Origin: Cystobasidiomycetes sp. EMM_F5
Lineage: Eukaryota
Length of the DNA: 64,000 nucleotides
Assembly (NCBI GenBank): GCA_051047955.1
Contig: JBPGPT010000019.1
Span: 1 to 64,000, forward strand
Direction of reading: 5' to 3'
Shown: piece after piece, positions 36,414-47,047 of the stretch
Position numbering within the stretch: the first letter of the stretch is position 1
Layout: every line of letters begins with the position of its first letter
Notes under the pieces: model-generated
What the model was told of the DNA's origin: nothing
Databases searched by the model: none
The model's input: only the letters and a program-made list of their open reading frames with translations
Position numbers and translations under genes: made by a program

Positions 36414-39400
36414 ATGTCGCAGCCTTACTTATCGGTGGTCAAGGTAGGTTGGAGCCGTAGAGAGCATGCAAGTCGCGGACGATGGGTCTGACTGCTCATT
36501 TAAAAGGCCGAATATGACTATGCTGCGACCAACGACGAAGAGCTGTCCATCAGCGAAGACCAGGTGCTATACGTCCTCGAAGATGACGATCCCGAGTGCG
36601 TTGAAGCAAACGGCAGCGCTGCAGGCTGGACCAACCGGGACATACTGACTCTTGTACTATTTGACTCTCAATACTGACAACTATACAATCCGCCGTAAAC
36701 CTCCAGCTGGTGGAAGGTCCGGGTCAAGCAGTCGCCGTCGTCGGGAGCGTCACCTGCCGATGCACCCACGGGACTCGTTCCAGCGACATATATAGTGCCC
36801 TTGCCTGCTATCAAGACCGTCACGGCGATGTACGACTACTCTGCCACCGCCGACGAGGAATTATCCATCATCGAGAATGCTACTTATGATCTGTACGAGG
36901 ATGACGGCGAGTGGTCATTGGTCGGCGCGCACGGTAAAAAGGAAGTCGGCTATTGCCCAACTGCTTATCTGGAGGTGAGCGCCTATGCATTGTTCTGCTG
37001 GATCGGACACAGACCGCTGACCTGTAGAGACTATACCTAGGCTGGAGGTAGCGGTGGACATGTCAGTAGAAACCGAAAGTGACAAGGTCACAGCCTTCAC
37101 AACGTGCTGACTATCTTTCTGCAGCACGACAATGAAGCTGCTCCTGCAGCAGCAGCCATCCCTGCTCCGCCTCCCCCTCCGCCTGCTCCACCTGCTCCTC
37201 CAATGGCTCCACCTCCACCAGGCGCCGCATCTCCTGTAGCAAAGTCATTCGGTGCATTTGGCAGTATGCCAGCACCTCCGCGCAAAATGGCTGCTCAAGA
37301 CTCTGACGAGGAGGATAGCGATGACGACGAAAGTAGACCAGCAGCTAGAGCGGCTGCCGCTGCCGCTATGGCAGGCTTCATTCCCCAGGCACCCGCTCCT
37401 CCTCCCGCTCCTCCCGCTCCTGCGCCCGTTGCACCTCCTCCTCCCGCATTCACGCCGATCGCTCCCCGCGCACCACCAGCTCCCTTTGCACCGCCAGCTC
37501 CTGCTGCTTCATCGTCTTCAGATGGCAAGAAAGCGACGGCTGCGTATGACTTTACCGCTGCCGGTGCCGATGAGATAAGCATGGTGGAAGGAGAGGATTT
37601 GTGGGTGCTAGATGACTCTAGCGATGACTGGTGGCGAGTACGTAACGCTCGAGGTGAAGAGGGCGAGGTTCCAGCTACATATGTGGAGCTGGCGGAAGGC
37701 GGTCATACAGATACAAATGGAGATGCCGACTTGGCGAAACGTACTGCCGACGATGAAAAGGCAGAAGCACGCAAAGAGCGTGAGCGCAAAAGACTCAAAG
37801 CCCTAGAGGACGAAGCTCGAGGCTTGCCGCCTTCTCTTTCCATACAGCCACCGCCACGCCGCAATCAGCCAGCGGCCGCTTCGCCTGCATCAGCCACCCC
37901 GCGTACTGCCTCTCCGGCGATCGTCACGCCTGCACCTCCAAAAGCTCCTTCTCCACCTCCCGTGCAGCGCAGCGAATCGCCAGTTGCAGTTCAGCCTCCG
38001 CCCAGAAGAGAGGACTCGGAGACTGATTCGGCTGCAAGGCGCGAACAGAGGCACCGTGAGCGTGCGAGGGAGCGAGAACGAGAACGAGAAAGGGAGAAGC
38101 GAGCCGAGCGTGACCAGGACAGAGACCGTGAGCGCGATAGGGATCGAGACTACGATGATCGCGACCGCCGTGACCGGAACAGAGACGATCGTCAGCGTGG
38201 AGACCGACGTGACCGTGACCGCGGCGATGGTCGAGATGGTCGTGAGAGGGGTGAGAATGGTCATGCCGCTCCGGTGGAAAAGAGCAAGCCGTCTCGTGAC
38301 CGTGTCCGGACGTGGAAAGACAGGACTGGAGCATTCAAGGTTGAAGCTGAGTTTGTCGGCCTGTCTGGCCAAAATAATGACAAGATCCGTCTCCACAAAC
38401 TCAACGGCGTCGTCATTGAGGTACCCGTAGAGAAAATGTCCCCAGAAGATATTAGGGTGCTTGAACATATTACTCGGCGCAGACTAGGACCCAAAGACAG
38501 GGAAAGAGACAGGGATCGCAGTGACCGACACAGAGGATCCGGAGATGACAGAGAGAGGGACTCTGGCCGAGATCGCGAACGAGACCGTGAGAAGGATCGT
38601 CCACGTGAAAGCGAACGAGAGCGTGAGAAGGACAGCAGTCGCTCCAAAAGTTCTGGTCAAAGAAGTGGCGGTGGCAGGAAAAGCGAGACTGACTGGTTCG
38701 AATGGTTCCTCAATGCGGGATGCGATATGGACGATTGTTCAAGGTATGCCAGTAATTTCGAAAAGGACCGCATCGATGAGGCCATTCTACCCGATCTCGA
38801 AAGTGGTACTCTACGCTCACTGGGTCTGCGCGAGGGGGACATCATTCGCGTAGCAAAGCATATTAAACAGCGGTACGGCAGTACGGCTGCAGGTCCTGGT
38901 GCAGGCTCAAGCAGTGGAGGACCGCCTGCTCCTCCAAAAGACGAGCGGTCTTCTAGTCGAAACGCTGGCAGAAGTAACAAGCAGCAACAACAGATGCAGG
39001 ATGACGAGGAACTCGCGAGAAAACTGCAAGAAGATCTGAATGCTGGTCGCGATGGGTCTGGATTGTTCACTAATGCCTCTGGAGGTGTGAAGAATACACG
39101 GCGTGGACGTCCAATCAACAAATCATCTGCGCCCTCGCAAGCTTCGATGGATGCCATTACTTCCTCGCTGACTGGAGACAGGGATCGCGATCGCGACTCT
39201 TCGTCTCCCGACATTCCTAGAGCATCATCACCAGCAAAGCAATCTAAGTCTCGGGCAGAGGCCAAGTCTAGCGGCTTCGACGACGACGCTTGGACTCCAA
39301 AGCCCACTTCCAAGCCTTCAACACCAGCACCTCCTCCTCTCGTCGACACGGGTGACCAAACTAAAGCGGGCGCGGCCTCAATGCCTTCTAGCTCGAAGGA

Positions 39401-40334
39401 AGCTTCGAACGCACAGGCCCTAACGGATGCCTACCTTGAGTCAATTGGGCTTGGCAAGCGTACTGTAAATGCTGCTCCCCCCGTACAGGCAGCACCTGCG
39501 CCTCAACAGCAGCAGCCACAACAGACTGGCTACTATGCGCAAGCCGCCAGTCCTGTCAATGGCCCACGAGCGCCGCCACAACCCATCCCATTGAATCAGC
39601 AGCTGCTAAATCCGCTTATACCAACACAGACCGGGCTTATGGGATATATACCGACTCGCAGCCAACCGAGTCCACAAGCGGTCATGATGCCTCAACCGAC
39701 AGGATATGTGCAGGTTCAACAGCCTGGCCAACCGACTCAGATTGGTTATGCTGCACCTCACCAGGTACTGCAACCCCAGCCTACGATGGCCTCTGTGCCA
39801 TATCCAGGCATGGGCATGCAGCCACAGCAGACTGGGTTCCCGCTTGTACAGCAAATGGGCCAGATGACTATCCAGCCAACGGGTTCGCCATTCCAAGCTA
39901 TGCCTCAGCAAATGATGCCTCAACAGGTTGTTCCGCAAGCTCCGCCCCCTCCTCCGATGCAGATGCAGCCTCAGCCTCAGCCGGTACAACCACAGCAGAC
40001 TGCCCCACAGAACATCAATCCAGCCAATGTATTTGCGCAAATGAAGGCAGGACAGTTTGCAAAGTCTACGTCTGGCCAACCACAACCGGCAGGTACATAC
40101 GATGCTCTTCGGCCGCAAATGACTGGCTTTGCTCCTGGAGGATACCTGCAGCAGCAGCCTCAGCAGCAGATGCCCCAGCAGACTGGATTTGGCAATCCTA
40201 TGGGGATGCAGCCCCTGCAGGCGCAGATGACGGGGTTCGCACCGGGTGGATACGTCAATCCTCAGCAGACTGGCATGATGTATGGCATGCCGCAGCAACA
40301 GCAAGGCACTGGCTACCCGTACAGACAGTATTGA
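36414..40334 (+). CDS. SLA1: Actin cytoskeleton/endocytic adaptor Sla1
   Basis: Three SH3 domains (AEYDY..DEELSI..WWKVR; AMYDY..DEELSI; AAYDF..DEISM..DWWRVR..GEVPATYV), SHD1 (RTWKDRTGAFKVEAEF..IRLHKLNGVVIEVP), SAM-like TDWFEWFLNAG..LRSLGLREGDIIRV, and C-terminal QxTG repeats. Probable 21-nt microexon at 37041-37061. Confidence 0.93.
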
Positions 40335-40628
40335 ACGGCATGAATTTGAGGGTGAGGGATGCATCTTATTGAAGCTATCTTCGAATCGGTATCGCCTGAT
40401 ATCCCGCTTATTGGCTTGTTGTCATGTACGTATCTAGAACGAGAGAAGCATCGCGTTGTAATCTGGACTGAAAGAAGTACGAAAGATGAAGCCTACATTG
40501 AGTCCAACAATTCGATGCCTGACTAGCTGAGGATTAAGATATTTCGACGTCAACGGCCAAATGCCGACGCGAATGTCACAGCGTACAAAGAAGCTTTGCG
40601 CTGTTGACAAGAACAGCAAAAGCCGATG

Positions 40629-41427
40629 TCATGACTGAACTGCATCATGTGCTACCTGCTTTGGGGTCTCGCTCATCTCTGGGACCGTACACCCTACTTC
40701 GCTCAAGCGGTCTTCGACAATGCACAGCTTCAGACGGCTGTAAGCCTTGTCGAGATTGTCGTTGACGACCACTGCGTCGTATGAGCCAGACTGCCTGGCG
40801 TACTCGATCTCTGCTGTTGACGCGGCCAACCTGTTGGTTAGACTAGCTTCAGATTCGGTACCTCGCCCGGTCAGACGGTCTTTGAGAGCAGAGAGGGACG
40901 GAGGTGACAGAAAGATGAAGACGGGATTGAGAGATGGATGATTTGCTTTGATGAGCTTGACGCCTTGAGAGTCGATGTCGAGAATACATTGACGTCCCTG
41001 CGTTGCGACATCTTTGACTGCTTGGATAGAGGTGCCATAGAGATTCTTGCTGAATTCGGCGTGTTCGATGAAGGCGTTCTGAGAGCGAGATACAGCATCA
41101 AAGACGGTCCTTATAGGCCAAAAGACGTTTCCCCACCTGCTTGACGAGATCCAGAAATTCCTCTCTGGTGACAAAGTGGTACTGCTTTCCATTCTCCTCG
41201 CCAGGCCTTGGTTGTCGTGTAGTGTCTGCGCGAGTTTTGGCATGACATGTGCGTCGTTGTTTGTCAGTTCTTTCATTCATTTGACTGGCCTTTGCCAACT
41301 ACGCACGGGAAACGCTAAAGCCGTACGCGTCTGGGTACTCGTCAAAGAGCTTCTTGAGGAGCGTAGACTTGCCAGTCCCCGATGGCCCCGATATTACGAT
41401 AGGTCTCAGCGAGCTTGACTGCGACAT
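40629..41427 (-). CDS. GUK1: Guanylate kinase
   Basis: [30 protein letters not shown]-like [42 protein letters not shown] and [10 protein letters not shown]. Confidence 0.95.
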
Positions 41428-41722
41428 TGTGTTTACGTTTCGGAGTCGAAGACTGCAGAATCTGCCCAGCGACGAGCTGAAAGACGTGCGGGCTGCCAGG
41501 ATTGAGATGGCAGGGTGTGGACGGTGCAGAGCCAACGTTGTGCGCTGCTCGGATGCGCCAAAAAAGAATGCAAAGTTTTGGTCGCGGATGTTGTCGCGAA
41601 AATATTGCCAAAGTCGGACAACCAGCCGCGTACAGGGCTGAAAGTGGCAGCAAAGTGCGGTCGCAGCGCATACTGGGAGCCAGAGTGGACACTGGAACAT
41701 CGTACACGTCAAGATATAAGAT

Positions 41723-42756
41723 ATGGCCCTGCAACTGCCTGCTCAGCCAGCGCCGCCGTCAAGCTGGGCCACGTCGGATGGTGCTCGTCATGCAGAATCA
41801 AAGCCCGACAAGAAGAAACGGGCTCCATTGCTCAAAAATGGCAGTAGTATTCCATCCGCAAAGCAATCCGTATCCCAGTCTGTCCCGTCCTCACGGTCTC
41901 CAGTCCTGATGAAACGCCTGCCCAAGGTGGCGAATGGGATATCCAACCCCGTCGTCACCGATATCGCAGAAATACGTGACATACGCAGGCTCGAAGATAT
42001 GATTGATCACTCGCAGACACTGCTGGACAATCCGTAAGCCATGTTCCGCCATCATATTCCCCTATCAACTGTTTTGGCTAATGTGACATTCTCCGCATAC
42101 TCAATTGGATGTGTCCCTACCTGCCCGCAGCGCACTCTGCAGCCAGCTGAGCGGCGGACGAGAACAGGTTCTGGCTCGTCACTTTGCACTAGAGGCCAGA
42201 CTAGAGCATTTGTACTCCATCAGAACTCAGGAAAACGACGACAACGAGGCCCGCTATGCCGCTCAGCTGTCTCGTATACACAAAGAGTCACCTCACGCTT
42301 CTCTAAAGCTGTCGAGCAGTCCGCAGTCCCATACTGTCGAAAGCTTGGCCGGCATTGACGACCTGATGCGACAAAGCACACTTGCGAGCAGTCCGCCAAG
42401 TAATGGCTTTCACAGAGGCTGGAGTAAAGCTCTCGTAAGTACACTCTTTGTATAGTGGTCAAAGGGAAATCTTAATTTTTCCCGTTACCGCACAGTCATC
42501 GTCCACGCGAATGCACGGCAAGACAAACCTTCTATCATTGGAAGAGTCGCTGGCACTACAGGCAAGAGAGAGTCAGCGCATCTTATCACAGCAGACACTA
42601 GCCTCAGGACGAGAAGGAATCATGCATGAGGTGCAGGCGGGTATGTCTGCCGATGCATATCGCAATCCCAGCAACAACGGATCGTCAGCCGAACACGATG
42701 AGCAAGAAGAAGACGATTGGCCTCTCCCAGATGAATTTGATCAAGACGAATCTTAG
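41723..42756 (+). CDS. Probable Gdown1/POLR2M (GRINL1A)-like protein, three exons
   Basis: Introns 42034-42130 and 42435-42495. Spliced [43 protein letters not shown], and C-terminal [16 protein letters not shown]...YRNP...[11 protein letters not shown]. These resemble Gdown1 motifs as I recall them. Confidence 0.6.
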
Positions 42757-43412
42757 CCGCACATTTGCTTGATGCATCACCATATCGACATGCAGCTTCC
42801 ATCGGGTGCACATTCTGTCCATAAGCAGTGCACTTGTCTCTTACAAGTACCGATGCCGTCCCTGACACCTGTACAGGCCTTTACCGCAAGCGGCAGTCGT
42901 GCACTACCGTCTGTCTTGACTCCTCTTGGATGCTCCGAGACGGGACGATTTCAAGCTTTGTGACAACACGCCTCGAAACGCTCGCAAGCGCGAACCGTCA
43001 TTACGCTATGCGTACTGGGAAGCCATATCTGCCTGCGAGTGCGGACATCGGCACGTTGGCGACCCGAAGACAGGCAATCATACCTTCGTGCCCTATACAA
43101 TCTTGCGCAACGGCGGTCAACACCGACTTGACCAGGAGATGGATATTATCCGCGTTCTTCTGTGCGGCAAAGCTCATTCCAGAACTTACACCTGGCTATC
43201 GGCCGTACTTCCAACATCTTTCCGCCGTTATCGGCTAAAAATGTTCCACGCGATCCTGCGGGTCGTACTTGCGTCGTGTAGTGCGGAGAATGTCTATAAT
43301 GAAACAAAAGTGAAAAGGAACCTCAGGTGGCATATTGCTCTTTGGAATGTCTTTTTGCGACGTTTGCCGTTCATATTGTTTGCTTTGTATGCTCCGCACC
43401 AATGCCTGAAGA

Positions 43413-43849
43413 ATGGAGGATGATGCGTGGAAGTCGACGCCGTCTAAGCACAATGACCTAGAATCGGCACTGGAGAAGGAAAAGACGATAAAGTAAGGTT
43501 GCGCTTTTGCTTCGTTGGCCAGCAGTACAGCCGATGTTTGCTACGCAGGGACATTATGTCTGTTCAGGAAGGCCTGAAAGGTGAGCCTACGGAACAGCGA
43601 GCATCCCTACGATATATCTCTGATGTATACCCGCTGTTGATCAACATCATCCAGCTCTTTTGAGCCGTATCGAAGATGTCACCGAGGAGAATCAGCGGCT
43701 CACAGACGAGAACGCGACGTTGCAGCTATACGTGGAAAACATGACTCGCAATACGTATGCTAGTACAGATGTTGGCAACTCATTGCGTAGCTAATGCTTG
43801 TCGTTTCTTACACAGCGCGATGCTCGGTCCCAAAGACGGCAAGCGATAA
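43413..43849 (+). CDS. Short coiled-coil protein (SCOC/Slo1, DUF2205 family), four exons
   Basis: Spliced MEDDAWKSTPSKHNDLESALEKEKTIKDIMSVQEGLKALLSRIEDVTEENQRLTDENATLQLYVENMTRNTAMLGPKDGKR*. It matches the SCOC pattern EK..I..LQ..L..L..R.D.V.EEN..L..EN..L..Y.EN. Confidence 0.8.
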
Positions 43850-44177
43850 TCAGACAAAGGCTACAATCCAACTTTCTAGAATACTGGCATCTCTGCACAA
43901 GGAGAACAGCCATTCAAACGGGAGCCCTGCCAGCAACCCAGTAGTTATGCTGCCCGCGTCAGATATGAAGAGACCGCAAAGGGGTATACACGTATCTTGC
44001 ACTAGACTGGCAGCACTTGCGCAGTCGATGGGGAGCACAGTAATGTTACAACGACGATGTAGCAATCAAGTAGCTTCGTCTGCTCAGCGGAGGTGCCTGG
44101 CAAAACCTACGCGGTGCACGGACCGCTCGCAGCGCTAGTCTTGCAAACCATGTTGACGGCGGTGTAACGTAATCGCC

Positions 44178-46004
44178 TCACTTCGCCGCTCGTGGCTTCG
44201 ACTTCTCCTTGGTTTTGGCCTTCTTTGCGTCCTTCTTGGTATCTTCCGCCTGTTCAGCAGGGCGGGAGGGTCAGATAGTGAGAAACAGCTACACGCGTCT
44301 TCTGAATTGCATGCATACCTTTCGCTTCTTTGCGGGACTGGATGAGCCTTCCGCTTTTGGCATTGGCTTGAAGAAGCCATCGAGACGCCCTTGCTGCTTT
44401 TGTGACAAGGCCACACGAAGCTTGTCTGCACCTTTACGCACGCGATCCTCGTTGAAGCCCTTTTCATTGACGAGGAATTGCACGAGTGCATCCACATCGG
44501 GTGCCTCCCATTTGAAATCGACCTCCGAGGAGGGTGTCACATCAGGGTGTTTGAAGAGCTCTCGAGCCTCCTGCCATGGCCATTCGTCTGGAATCGTTTG
44601 AACTTTCTTGACTGGCTTGTCGTCGTCCTTGTCCTTCTTCTTTGCGGCTTTGGCGTCCTTTTCGCGAATAGCCTCGATTGCACCCGCCAGATCCCCGTTA
44701 TCTTTGATGAGCTTGTATGCTGTTTTGGCACCCACGCCCTTCAATGGTTCCAGGTAATCGCAGCCGCAGAGGATACAGAAGTCTATAAACTGTGTAATAA
44801 GTATACGCAATGTGAGTGAATCGCGTCTTTCGCTGCAGGCACATCACACAAACCTGATCCATGGTCAATTCGAGGCCAGCCAAAGCCTCATCTAGCTTGA
44901 TGACATCGATTGGCAACTTGCGCGCTTCAGAGAATGTGAGGTGACGAAGAATGATGGGTGAATTGAATGTGAGCGTGTCCATGTCTTCGGATCCTGTTCC
45001 ATAAACAAGGCCACCGCGGCAGAACTCCGCACATTGCGCTTCCGCTTCAGAGGGAGCCTGCAAGAGGGAGATGCCAGCGCAAGTCAGCGTGTATTATAAT
45101 GACCCGTCTTGAGCGACGTATATGTACGTGGTGAAATGGAATGCCCATTGCCTTGAGTAACCGCTCGCATTCTTCTTTGTGCTCCTTCGTAACGCGAACC
45201 TGTCGGCGAGCCTGTCGATCCACGTCCTCGGTCGTACCTGTCCGTGGTAGGAAACAAACACAATTTGAGTCCATCTATAACGGTACTGTACATTGACACA
45301 ACGTACCGACTTCTTTGGCCTCCTCGGCTTCCTCTTTGGCTTCATCACGCTTTTCGTACCGTTTCGCGAGCTAAAGGGTAGATGTATGTAAAGTTAGCTG
45401 CGTTGTAAGGCCCGTTCATGTGTGTTTGCGACCCACGACACCGCTCTTGAGCTGAGGTGGCTTTCCGTCAAAAACGTAAATGGGTTTGATGCCATTTTCG
45501 ACCATTCGAATCGTTCGGCTGTGAGACAGATAGGTGCTGCGTAAGCAGATGATACGTATATATCTTGAATGCTCACTAGAAGAAGCCCATTAGATGACTT
45601 CATACAAACGACAGGGGTAAGTGAGTTCGTCAGAACAATGAGTGGAGGAGGCTCATATAGCTTTGGGCAATTCGCACCTCGTTGTCTCTCCGGACTCTGT
45701 CTGGAGCTGTTGTCCATCCTGCTGCCGCACTGCGATGAGGAACTGGTACATGCTCATACTGGCATCGATCGCGACCTGGCGACAAGACACGACGTTGGAG
45801 CTGCCTGTCAGAGTGCCGCAATAAGTAATGTCAGCGATGTGATACCTACCTTTCGACCGAAAAGAGTCTTGATTTCCGTGTGCGATATCGCTTTTGGGGC
45901 ATGGTCGGCAATGATGCCCGTCAGGCCCTTGATGCCTGTAAGAACGGGGTGGAGTCAGCTGAGCAGTCTAGAGGTAGGCTGTTAGGCCATCTCGACGTGC
46001 CCAT
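44178..46004 (-). CDS. FEN1: Flap endonuclease 1, multi-exon
   Basis: [82 protein letters not shown] and PIP box QQGRLDGFF. Confidence 0.96.
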
Positions 46005-46309
46005 GGTATCGTGCGCGGTATCGACGATTTCCCCGTCAGCAAGTCCGGTATTGTCAGAGTTGCAAGGCTTTGTTTATCGAAATTGGTCAATTTACGCGCT
46101 CGAAAATACACAAGTCTAGCAAGAAACGCAGAAATCATGATTTTGAGCTGGCGATGTACAATGACTGTTGCTATGCTACTGTTATGGCTACAGGCGTACC
46201 GCGTACAAAATGGATGAAAGCTAGAGTCTAGATTGCGATGAAATGCAGAAGCAAAACAGCGAGAGGATGCTAGGAATGTAAAGGCGGTGCCGTGTAATGA
46301 CAATGACAT

Positions 46310-46761
46310 TCACTGTGCAGCTTGACCGGCGTGCTTCTCGATGGCCTCTGTCAGACCTTTGACGTCAGCGCCGCTATGATGCGTTATATCAGCGCGGGTT
46401 CCGAAACTCCATCAAAAGCGTCTGCTTACCGTATACTGCCGACCTTGTCACCATTGACCAGAAAGATAAATGTAGGCATCGCGGTGATGTTGTATCGCTG
46501 CGCAAGTTCCCTTTGATCGTCAACATCGACTTTAAGAAAGACTGCTTTCGGATGCGCCTTTGCAAGCTTTTCGAACACTGGACTGATGACTTTGCACGGG
46601 CCACACCCTGTGGAGAAACATTAGTGCAAGGTGAAGGAGCAGTATCACGCGCTCTCACATTCTGCGGAGAAGTCGATGAATACCGGTAGCGCCTTTGCCC
46701 TCGTCAGCAGGGTATCAAAGGCCTGCACTGAGCCGATATTGATGACTTGGCCATTAGACAT
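46310..46761 (-). CDS. Thioredoxin
   Basis: Spliced VFIDFSAEW|CGPCKVISPVFEKLA..FLKVDVDD...ITAMPTFIF. The WCGPC active site is split by an intron. Confidence 0.93.
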
Positions 46762-47047
46762 GTTTGCGATATGTTTGTGTGTGTCTGTGAATTGAAGCAA
46801 AGCAAGAAGCGATGTTGAAACATGTTGCCAATTTATACGTGGTTGTTAGTCAGCTTTCGCGCGTCGCTGAATCAGATATTGCCAGCAGCTTCGCGCAGGC
46901 TCGCAGAAGCTTGGGATGCTGCAAGTAATGGCCAGAAGTGCCAACTGAGGTGTGAGAGTAGAGTCAGCGTGAATCTACAGAGTTCAACAATTTACTGAAA
47001 AGGCCATATGTACGCTCAATCACTGCTTTCCTCCAGGCAATTTCAAT

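Noticed and set aside
37890..40364. Long antisense ORFs opposite SLA1 (and similar ones opposite the CorA, APSES and Clr2 genes)
   Set aside because: These are shadow frames of low-complexity or codon-biased coding sequence with no recognisable motifs.
42770..43410. ORFs 42828..43238 and 42926..43423
   Set aside because: No recognisable domain, splice structure or paralog. Treated as intergenic or UTR.
46010..46210. CGCG-containing MCB-like sites upstream of FEN1 (and near RTT109)
   Set aside because: The matches are imperfect and CGCG is common at this GC content.
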